Shown here: piece after piece, positions 8,215 to 14,939 of the stretch
Numbering within the stretch: position 1 is the stretch's first letter
Layout: every line of letters begins with the position of its first letter
From: Minisyncoccota bacterium
GTDB taxonomy: Bacteria > Patescibacteriota > Minisyncoccia > Phycocordibacterales > SBAW01
Reading direction: 5' to 3'
Length of the DNA stretch: 35,579 nt
Assembly (NCBI GenBank): GCA_035628495.1
Contig: DASPJS010000015.1
Span: forward strand, 1-35,579
The notes under the pieces: model-generated
Seen by the model: only the letters and a program-made list of their open reading frames with translations
What the model was told of the DNA's origin: nothing
Databases searched by the model: none
Program-made: the position numbers and the translations under genes

Positions 8215-9336
8215 ATGCGCAATTCATACGTAGGTTTCATCGTCCTCTTTGCAAAACTAGTCCCAAAAATCCTTCCGATTCTCTACAAATTGGCGGATGC
8301 CCTCTGGGGCGTCGCAAAATCTCTTGTAGGTATCAAGGGTGCTGGACTTGCCGGCAGTGTTGGCCTCTATGCCTATCTCTTCACCTGGCAAATGGGTGTC
8401 GCACTTGTGGTGTTTATCGCAATACACGAGTACGGACATCTATGGGCTATGAAGCGCTGTGGAATCAAAACCAAGGGAATGTTTTTTATCCCAGGATTTG
8501 GCGCAGTAGCAGTTGCCGATGAAAATTTCGGCAGTGCTCGCAACGAAGCGTACATCGCCATAATGGGGCCAATATTTGGTCTCGTTGGCTTTGTGTTGCC
8601 GCTGCTGCTTTGCTATTGGATGACTGGAAATGCCTTATGGGCTGCAATTGCTGGGTTCACGACGTTCATAAACCTCGTGAATTTGCTGCCTATTCATCCG
8701 CTTGATGGGGGTAGAATTCTCAAGGCTCTCTTTTATTCGAGGAAAGTTGGACTCTCACTTGTACTCGTTGTGGTCATCTCATTGGCGACAGCAGTGCTTG
8801 GAGTTACGGCGGGGTTTTTGCTGCTCGCGTGGATGGCGCTTATTGGTCTTTACGAGCTAGCACGCGAATTTGGAGTTAAGAACTTGGTTGCCGACTTTTT
8901 GCGTAGCGGCGCCAGAGTTGTTGGCGCTGTCTTCGGTGTATTCCTTGGATTCTTCTGGTATCGCTGGATGCAGTCAGATGAATACGAGAGATACATAAGT
9001 GGTGTTAGCAAAACTGAACTCGTCTATCTCATCTTGATGACAGCGGGCGTGGCAATTGCTGCTTTTGCTGATGTTGCCACAAGCACGGCAGCTAGTAGGC
9101 ATGGAGCATATTACTATCCAGCGACAGTGATCAGAGGTGCTATTTCTGGAGTCAAGCAAGTATGGTGGCTAAGAAATGTGCACATCATGCCAATTGAAAA
9201 CTACGAGTGGATGAGGATTAAAGACAAGGTTTGGTACACATTTTGGTTCCTCGCCTTGATCCTGGTGCACGTGGCAATAATTCTTGCTCTTGCTTCGGTT
9301 CCGGGTGCTGAACTGGCCAAGGAACTGTTGAAATGA
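8215..9336 (+). CDS. M50 family (site-2 protease-like) membrane metalloprotease with a long multi-TM C-terminal extension, cassette 3
   Basis: HEYGHLWAMKRCG (HExxH in a TM segment) and NLLPIHPLDGGRIL (NxxPxxxLDG) are present. The protein is hydrophobic throughout. A GGAGGG SD lies upstream of the ATG at 8215. Confidence 0.85.
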   Translation: MRNSYVGFIVLFAKLVPKILPILYKLADALWGVAKSLVGIKGAGLAGSVGLYAYLFTWQMGVALVVFIAIHEYGHLWAMKRCGIKTKGMFFIPGFGAVAVADENFGSARNEAYIAIMGPIFGLVGFVLPLLLCYWMTGNALWAAIAGFTTFINLVNLLPIHPLDGGRILKALFYSRKVGLSLVLVVVISLATAVLGVTAGFLLLAWMALIGLYELAREFGVKNLVADFLRSGARVVGAVFGVFLGFFWYRWMQSDEYERYISGVSKTELVYLILMTAGVAIAAFADVATSTAASRHGAYYYPATVIRGAISGVKQVWWLRNVHIMPIENYEWMRIKDKVWYTFWFLALILVHVAIILALASVPGAELAKELLK

Positions 9337-9345
9337 CAATAATTT

Positions 9346-9379
9346 CCCCGCAGCGATGAGCTGCGGGGTTTTTCTTTGG
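9346..9379 (+). terminator. Rho-independent terminator, copy 2 of the repeated 22-nt hairpin
   Basis: CCCCGCAGC-GATGA-GCTGCGGGG followed by TTTTTCTTTGG. Confidence 0.85.
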
Positions 9380-9381
9380 TA

Positions 9382-9410
9382 TTGTCAATTGTGGTGTTTA
9401 AACGTATTAA
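9382..9410 (+). promoter_or_regulatory. Sigma-70 promoter for cassette 4
   Basis: TTGTCA (9382-9387), a 17-nt spacer, then TATTAA (9405-9410). Confidence 0.55.
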
Positions 9411-9447
9411 GCATTAGGAATCCACACCTTTTCAAAGGAAAAGAATC

Positions 9448-9801
9448 ATGGAAACGGTTACCTTTCTCGTATTTAGAGTTGAATACCAGGACGGGAAAAT
9501 AGAGTTCGGCTACCGGCGCTCAAACCAAAGCTCTGAATTAATTTTCGACTCAGTTGCTGCTATGACAGAGAGCCTTGCGTGTGCGATGGTAAAGCAGGCG
9601 AGCGAGTCCTATTTTGAAGTCGATTTTCAATCCCGAGACTTCATAACATGCCACGCATGTACTGAGCGACCGTGGAGGCGCTATCTGCCCGTAACTGCGG
9701 TACATATTCGAGATGTATGGGATATGCTGCGAAAAAAACTGCCGCCGACAGTAGTGCAGCCAGAAAGCGCCGCCATCCCACCGTTTGCGGAAGCGTCATA
9801 G
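9448..9801 (+). CDS. Hypothetical protein (117 aa), cassette 4
   Basis: The ATG is preceded by AAAGGAAAAG. The gene has its own promoter and terminator. I recognise no family. Confidence 0.5.
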   Translation: METVTFLVFRVEYQDGKIEFGYRRSNQSSELIFDSVAAMTESLACAMVKQASESYFEVDFQSRDFITCHACTERPWRRYLPVTAVHIRDVWDMLRKKLPPTVVQPESAAIPPFAEAS

Positions 9802-9832
9802 AACATTTTCAATGTATAAGCGAGTCAAAACG

Positions 9833-9868
9833 CCCCGCAGCGATGAGCTGCGGGGGCTTTCCTTTTTG
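9833..9868. terminator. Terminator, copy 3 of the repeated 22-nt hairpin, shared by convergent genes
   Basis: CCCCGCAGC-GATGA-GCTGCGGGG is followed by CTTTCCTTTTTGTT on the plus strand. A short TTTT follows the hairpin on the minus strand, so it may also serve nrdA (stop at 9915). Confidence 0.75.
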
Positions 9869-9914
9869 TTACGCGCTACAACTTTCGCCCCACGAAGACT
9901 CTGGATGAATATTG

Positions 9915-12900
9915 TTAAGCAGAACAAGATTCACACGGTTCGCTAAGTATTTCGATTTTAGGTCGTGTTGCAGCAATTTCTTTTGCGCCTTGATCACCAA
10001 ATTTTGGAATACCGGTTGAAGTTATCGGCGGTGGAGTTTTAACAACAGGCATCGCCGGAGTCGATTGTGCGACGGTTGTGTATACGGTTTGCTGCGCTAC
10101 TGCGGTTATTTGACGTTTGGCTACCTCTTCTTTCATATATAAGGGCGAGGAATACGTATCCATTATAGCATCACGCCTTTCTGGGGCGATTACGGCCACG
10201 GTTTCTTCTATTACGACTGCAGATGGTACAGAGCCCGCGTTTGAGGCTACCGAGGTCTCATTGCGGCTTGTACCGCCAAATTTGGCCAAATTAACGGTCG
10301 CCTTCTCAATTCTCGATGCGCCAAGCGTGCGCAGGTAGTAGGTAGTCTTCAGCCCCAAGCTCCAGGCGTACTGATAGATATCCGAAAGTACGCGTCCGGA
10401 GGTGCCGCCATAGAAGATATTGAGTGACTGCGACTGGTCGATCCAGCGGCCGCGATAGGCTGCTGCCTTGATGAGCCATTGCGGCTCAATCTCAAATACT
10501 TCCTTGTACTTCTCGCGTATCGAGGGAGGAATTTCTTCGATGTGCTGGACCGAGCCGTCGTGGTATTTAATCTTCTCAAGCATGTCGCCACTCCAGAGTC
10601 CCAAGCGCTTGAGGTCCTCGACAAGATATTCATTGACGACCATAAAGTCACCCGCCATATTGCTCTTCACGTAAAGATTTTTATAGATGGGCTCAATGGT
10701 TGGATAGCAGCCGGCAATGTTTGCGGTAGTGGCAGTCGGTGCATTTGCCATTGTATTGGAATTCCTCATACCCCACTGGCGAACTGCTTCGCGCACTAGT
10801 CGCCAATCCAAGGTTTCGTGGCGTGGTACATCGATTTTGACTCCGCGCTCCTGCTCAAGGAGGGTCAATGTGTCTTGTGGAAGAATACCGCGGTCCCACT
10901 TAGAGCCTTTGTAAGTCTCGTACGTGCCGCGCTCTTTGGCGAGCAGCGAGGAAGAGAGAATCGTGTGGTAGGCGATAATTTCCATGCTTTCGTCTGAAAA
11001 GCGTACCGCTTCGTCGCTGTCGAAATTGATTCCTAATTTATAGAGCGCATCTTGAAGCCCGCGCAGTCCCAAGCCAACCGGGCGGTGACGCATATTTGAG
11101 CGCTTAGTATTCTCTGTCGGGTAGAAATTAATATCGATGACGTTGTCGAGCATGCGCATAGCAACAGGTACGACGCGCGCAACAGCATCTCGATCAAAGC
11201 GACCATTCTCGACAAACTTCGCCATGTTGATAGAGCCTAAGTTGCACACCGCGGTTTCAGTTGCCGAAGAGTTGAGTGTGATTTCGGTGCACAGGTTCGA
11301 CGAGTGCACTACGCCGACGTGATCTTGCGGAGAGCGAACGTTTGATGGGTCTTTCCAAGTGATCCATGGATGTCCGGTTTCAAACAGCATCGTGAGGTGC
11401 TTTTTCCAAAGTTCTGCGGCGCGCACCCGCTTGAAAAACGCAATTTTGCCTTCATCTGCAAGCTTTTCGTAGCGCTCGTAGGCTTCGTCAAACTTGCGGC
11501 CGTAGAGGTCGTGAAGGTCCGGTACATCAGAAGGGGAGAAAAGAGTCCAATATCCGTCGGTTTGAAGCCGTTTCATAAACAGGTCCGGTATCCATGCCGC
11601 AGTATTGAGGTCATGGGTTCTGCGGCGTTCGTCACCCGTGTTTTTGCGCAATTCAAGAAAGTCTTCCATATCCGCGTGCCAGTACTCTAGATAGACCGCT
11701 GCGGCGCCGCGGCGGCGGCCTGAGCGGTTGATAGATATAGTGACGTCGTTAGCAATCTTGAGAAATGGAATGACGCCCTGGCTCTCGACGCCGGTGCCCT
11801 TAATTAGTGAGCCGGTGGCGCGAACAGGAGTCCAGTCAGTTCCGGTACCGCCCGCATATTTAAGGAGCTGCGCGTTGTCAGAGTACTCCTTGAAAATGGC
11901 GTGGAGGTCATCAGGAACCGTAGAGAGGAAACAAGAAGAGAGTTGTGGCCGCATGAGACCGGCGTGATAGAGCGTAGGAGAAGACGGCGTGTAGTACATC
12001 GCCGACATGATTTCGTAGAAGTCGATAGCGTGCTTTTCTCGATCTTCCGGTGTTTTCTCATTAAGTGCAGTGCCCATAGCAATGCGCATCCAGAACATTT
12101 GCGGTGTTTCAATGATTTTTTTCGTGCCGTGGACCTTCGAGAGGTAGTTCGTTTGGAGCGTCTGGAGGCCCAAATATTTGAATTCGCGATCTCTTTCAAT
12201 TGCGAGCGCCTCTGCCATGCGGGGCAAATCAAAATCAAGAAGTCTCGGATCGAATTGCCCGATCGCAACGCCATGTTTTATTGCTTCAATGAATTTTGTG
12301 CGATACGTATCTTCGAACTTTTCGTAATCAATCTCACCCATCACTTCGTTGTATATTGATTGGAGAAGAAGTCGTGCAGCAACAATTGAGTATGCAGGGT
12401 CGCGCTCGATGAATGAGCGCACAATCATCACAAGAACTTCGTGTATTTCTTTTGTGTTGATGCCTTCATGCATCTCTTGTCGCACTTTTGAGATGATTGC
12501 CGGCGCGTCTATGATATGGTCATACCCTTCAGCTGCGCGAAGCAGCGTGCGCGTCAATTTACTCTCAGAAAAGGGCTCTTTAGAGCCATTTCTCTTCTCA
12601 ACGATAAGCGAGCTTTCTACAATCTTTTGTGCAACCTGTTGCTTTTTTTCTCGGCGAAGTTTTTCGTGCTCGTAGCGATAAATGATATACGCTTTCGCCA
12701 CCATGAAATACCCGCGCTCAGCGATCGCATTCTCAACGAGATCTTGAATATCTTCTACTTCGGGAATGAATGCAGTGTTTCCAAATTTTCTGTCGATGCT
12801 ATCGACGACGAGTCGAGTGATTTCGGACGCATCTGCCTCATGAGAATTTCCTTCGACTGCGGCAAATGCTTTTTGTATGGCGATGGTAATTTTTCCCGGA

Positions 12901-12953
12901 TCGAAATCGACTATCTCTCCGTTTCTCTTTTTAATTTTTTGCGTTATTGCCAT
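9915..12953 (-). CDS. nrdA: Ribonucleoside-diphosphate reductase alpha subunit (class I) with an N-terminal ATP-cone and an extended C-terminal tail
   Basis: It has an ATP-cone (KRNGEIVDFDPGKITIAI...YIIYR) and the active-site Cys contexts LSSCFLS, AVCNLGSIN and SSNLCTEITL. About 130 aa of low-complexity sequence precede the terminal CESCSA redox pair. Confidence 0.93.
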   Translation of the reverse strand: MAITQKIKKRNGEIVDFDPGKITIAIQKAFAAVEGNSHEADASEITRLVVDSIDRKFGNTAFIPEVEDIQDLVENAIAERGYFMVAKAYIIYRYEHEKLRREKKQQVAQKIVESSLIVEKRNGSKEPFSESKLTRTLLRAAEGYDHIIDAPAIISKVRQEMHEGINTKEIHEVLVMIVRSFIERDPAYSIVAARLLLQSIYNEVMGEIDYEKFEDTYRTKFIEAIKHGVAIGQFDPRLLDFDLPRMAEALAIERDREFKYLGLQTLQTNYLSKVHGTKKIIETPQMFWMRIAMGTALNEKTPEDREKHAIDFYEIMSAMYYTPSSPTLYHAGLMRPQLSSCFLSTVPDDLHAIFKEYSDNAQLLKYAGGTGTDWTPVRATGSLIKGTGVESQGVIPFLKIANDVTISINRSGRRRGAAAVYLEYWHADMEDFLELRKNTGDERRRTHDLNTAAWIPDLFMKRLQTDGYWTLFSPSDVPDLHDLYGRKFDEAYERYEKLADEGKIAFFKRVRAAELWKKHLTMLFETGHPWITWKDPSNVRSPQDHVGVVHSSNLCTEITLNSSATETAVCNLGSINMAKFVENGRFDRDAVARVVPVAMRMLDNVIDINFYPTENTKRSNMRHRPVGLGLRGLQDALYKLGINFDSDEAVRFSDESMEIIAYHTILSSSLLAKERGTYETYKGSKWDRGILPQDTLTLLEQERGVKIDVPRHETLDWRLVREAVRQWGMRNSNTMANAPTATTANIAGCYPTIEPIYKNLYVKSNMAGDFMVVNEYLVEDLKRLGLWSGDMLEKIKYHDGSVQHIEEIPPSIREKYKEVFEIEPQWLIKAAAYRGRWIDQSQSLNIFYGGTSGRVLSDIYQYAWSLGLKTTYYLRTLGASRIEKATVNLAKFGGTSRNETSVASNAGSVPSAVVIEETVAVIAPERRDAIMDTYSSPLYMKEEVAKRQITAVAQQTVYTTVAQSTPAMPVVKTPPPITSTGIPKFGDQGAKEIAATRPKIEILSEPCESCSA

Positions 12954-13160
12954 CGCGAAAAAAGATTACCCGCTAATTTCCCCGAGAGCCCCTAAAGGAT
13001 CTTCAGACTTTCTAGTATAACTCCACCTTAGATGAACGCTGCATGTGCCTGACGAAAGCTGCGTGTGTATAAGAGAGTAGAGAATTAAAATTGAAAATTG
13101 CAACACTACTTTTGCGACGTATGCGCTCGATTTTTTATTTGTCGCGTGTATAGTGGCGCT

Positions 13161-13703
13161 ATGGCTACACAGACCCGACTAAAAGAGGATCAGAATTTTT
13201 GGAATGTAGTGTTTTCAGTGTTTTTTCTCCTTGTGCTTGTATTCGCGCTCTGGAGCCTGTATAGAGCGCGCGGCAGTTTTCCTACATTTATTCCAGTTTT
13301 TGATGCGGTAATGCTCTCATTTGCTTCATTTCGAATCACGCGCCTCATTGTGTACGATAAAATAACCAGATTTTTTCGCGAGCTGTTTGTGCACCGAAGA
13401 GAAGTCGTGCACGACGGCAAGACCTACGTTGAGCTAACACCATATGAAAACGGTGTCCTCCACACAATGAATGATCTTCTGCAGTGCCCGTGGTGTATAG
13501 GCCTCTGGGCTGGGCTTATTGCAACATACGCCTACTTTATGTTCCCGTGGGCGTGGTTTGTACTACTCTTTTTGGCGCTTTCGGGTCTTGGCAGTCTGCT
13601 TCAGCTCATTGGAAATCTCATTGGTTGGAGGGCCGAAAACCTTAAATTAGACGCAAATAGCAAGGAGAAGCTGGGGCATACCTCAGACCGCTCTGGGTTG
13701 TAA
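13161..13703 (+). CDS. DUF1360-like integral membrane protein
   Basis: It has three or four TM helices. FRITRLIVYDKITRFFRE and CPWCIGLWAGL resemble DUF1360 as I remember it. I chose the ATG at 13161; the ORF-track start at 13098 is TTG. Confidence 0.55.
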   Translation: MATQTRLKEDQNFWNVVFSVFFLLVLVFALWSLYRARGSFPTFIPVFDAVMLSFASFRITRLIVYDKITRFFRELFVHRREVVHDGKTYVELTPYENGVLHTMNDLLQCPWCIGLWAGLIATYAYFMFPWAWFVLLFLALSGLGSLLQLIGNLIGWRAENLKLDANSKEKLGHTSDRSGL

Positions 13704-13733
13704 AAAAGAAATCCCCGGATGCTAGTCCGGGGA
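13702..13733. terminator. Bidirectional hairpin terminator
   Basis: TCCCCGGA-tgctag-TCCGGGGA (13712-13733). The plus-strand A-run at 13702-13711 gives TTTCTTTTTT after the hairpin on the minus strand. ATAAATTGCTTT follows it on the plus strand. Confidence 0.7.
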
Positions 13734-13743
13734 ATAAATTGCT

Positions 13744-13923
13744 TTAATCTGGCCAACTGTACAAGGCCTGTTGTGATACGGGCACCGCGAGGATCATTAG
13801 AAAATATCCCGCTACTTCAATCAGTTTGTCATGTTGAGGGAAGTAAGTACTCACCATTACACAAATTAAACCAAGTAAAAGAAGACCAAATGTCAGCAGT
13901 GTTAGTCTGGTACAAGTGCGCAC
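13744..13923 (-). CDS. Small two-TM membrane protein (59 aa), not in the supplied ORF track
   Basis: I translated this by hand: GTG at 13923-13921 lies 8 nt after AGGAG (13936-13932), giving MRTCTRLTLLTFGLLLLGLICVMVSTYFPQHDKLIEVAGYFLMILAVPVSQQALYSWPD, with the stop at 13746-13744. It is framed by a consensus promoter and a terminator. Confidence 0.55.
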   Translation of the reverse strand: MRTCTRLTLLTFGLLLLGLICVMVSTYFPQHDKLIEVAGYFLMILAVPVSQQALYSWPD

Positions 13924-13958
13924 GGCGATTGCTCCTGAGACGACGAATTCTACTGTAT

Positions 13959-13987
13959 ATTATACACCCAAATGGGCTATTTGTCAA
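13959..13987 (-). promoter_or_regulatory. Consensus sigma-70 promoter
   Basis: On the minus strand: TTGACA (13987-13982), a 17-nt spacer, then TATAAT (13964-13959). The spacer 3' half TTTGGGTG is identical to that of the promoter at 7289. Confidence 0.8.
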
Positions 13988-13992
13988 GTATG

Positions 13993-14026
13993 AGAAAAAC
14001 CGCCACATTTCTGTTTTCTGTGGCGG
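13993..14026 (-). terminator. Rho-independent terminator
   Basis: CCGCCACA-11 nt-TGTGGCGG (14000-14026) is followed on the minus strand by TTTTTCTC. Confidence 0.75.
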
Positions 14027-14034
14027 CTTTGTGC

Positions 14035-14277
14035 CTATTGTTCAACGGCTAGAATTTCCATTAAACGTGGTCCAGCACCAAAAAGTCTACCAATATATCT
14101 ATATGGTATAAGCTGAAATTTCTTTGCTGGGTATACACGTCGTAACTCTGCTAAGGCCACAGCTACAGCATGAGGCTCTGGATAGGGTGTATTGAGAACG
14201 ATGTGAATAACAAGAGGTACGGAACCCGCACTTGCAACATTAAGTTGCGGTATTCCAGATCGAACAGATATGCTCAT
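14035..14277 (-). CDS. Hypothetical small protein (80 aa)
   Basis: AGGAG (14288-14284) lies 6 nt upstream of the ATG at 14277, and a terminator follows immediately downstream. I recognise no family. Confidence 0.55.
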   Translation of the reverse strand: MSISVRSGIPQLNVASAGSVPLVIHIVLNTPYPEPHAVAVALAELRRVYPAKKFQLIPYRYIGRLFGAGPRLMEILAVEQ

Positions 14278-14349
14278 CCTACGCTCCTATTGAGATCTGA
14301 TAATACAGTATCACAGTTTAACAAAGCGTCAAGAGTATGCGCTTACTTT

Positions 14350-14910
14350 TTATTTGAACGTAACGGGAATGGTTAGCTTATCGTCGTGTTCAGGAAGTCC
14401 TGACGGGTTGTCTTTGTGGAGCACTACGGTTCCTTTTGAGCCCGCAGGCTGTTTCGGGAACGAAACCTCGATAGATCTAAACGGTACGAAGTCGGTCGTC
14501 ATCCATTCGCCTTGTGCTTGCGCGTAGCCCTGGCCGATGCGATTACCGTTTGCATCAAGCACTTCTACGGGGAAGCTCGCTTCGAAGTACCAATTACCAC
14601 GCGCTTGGCCGCGTGCCACAAGCGGTGAGGAAATCGCATCTCCGGGGCGCGGGAAGTCTGCAATGATGAGATCTGCTTTTTCGTTGGCGTTGCCGATGTC
14701 CTCGACAAAGAGTTGTCCCGAAGCGCTGCGGCATTGGCGCGGGTAACTTTCCATAACGGGGTTACCAGCATCGACACATTCGGCAAAGCTGGCTACTTGG
14801 TCACCATTGCCGTTCGTGGGAGCATTGGCCGAAGGGGGAAGCATTATAAGGACTATTGCGCCAATTACGACTAAGATTCCTACTCCTATAAGAATTGTCC
14901 ACTTGTTCAT
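14350..14910 (-). CDS. Gmad2 immunoglobulin-like domain protein, membrane-anchored
   Basis: An N-terminal TM helix is followed by ARGQARGNWYFEASFPVEVLDANG...GEWMTTDFVPF...VLHKDNPSGLPE, which matches the Gmad2 (PF10648-type) pattern. Confidence 0.7.
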   Translation of the reverse strand: MNKWTILIGVGILVVIGAIVLIMLPPSANAPTNGNGDQVASFAECVDAGNPVMESYPRQCRSASGQLFVEDIGNANEKADLIIADFPRPGDAISSPLVARGQARGNWYFEASFPVEVLDANGNRIGQGYAQAQGEWMTTDFVPFRSIEVSFPKQPAGSKGTVVLHKDNPSGLPEHDDKLTIPVTFK

Positions 14911-14939
14911 ACGCTGCAGTATATAGTATAAATGGCCCT
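14911..14939. promoter_or_regulatory. 29-nt divergent intergenic region with face-to-face -10 elements
   Basis: On the plus strand, TATAAA (14927-14932) lies 7 nt before the ATG at 14940. On the minus strand, TATACT (14923-14918) lies 7 nt before the ATG at 14910. Neither side has an SD. Confidence 0.45.

Noticed and set aside
7556-9854. The three identical 22-nt repeats might be a CRISPR array or integron attC sites.
   Set aside because: There are only three copies, spaced irregularly (about 1.8 kb and 0.49 kb apart). Each is a self-complementary hairpin directly after a stop codon and before a T-run. The intervening sequence is protein-coding with its own promoters. No cas gene or integrase is present, and there are no GTTRRRY/RYYYAAC core sites.
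9915-12995. Many 60-160-aa ORFs overlap nrdA on both strands, for example 11901..12359, 11804..12274, 12516..12995 and 10479..10799.
   Set aside because: They lie entirely within a long, motif-rich, clearly real gene and have low-complexity or biased translations with no SD or promoter. They are shadow ORFs. The same reasoning applies to the ORFs inside nrdB, hisS, the GT2 gene (33523..34011), the SDR gene (34831..35322), the large pilin (18309..18881) and the NTase gene (31423..31683).
12954-13097. I looked for NrdR boxes, a riboswitch or a clear promoter upstream of nrdA, and likewise upstream of nrdB at 7202-7288.
   Set aside because: I could not find a convincing pair of 16-nt NrdR-type palindromes (acaCwAtATaTwGtgt) or any conserved riboswitch core by eye. 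There are only weak -10-like hexamers. A motif scan would be needed, so I make no call.
13719-14111. A 130-aa plus-strand ORF spans the AT-rich gap after the DUF1360 gene.
   Set aside because: It starts inside a terminator hairpin and runs antisense through a minus-strand consensus promoter, an SD-led small ORF and a second terminator. It has no SD of its own and a cysteine/arginine-rich, non-protein-like translation.
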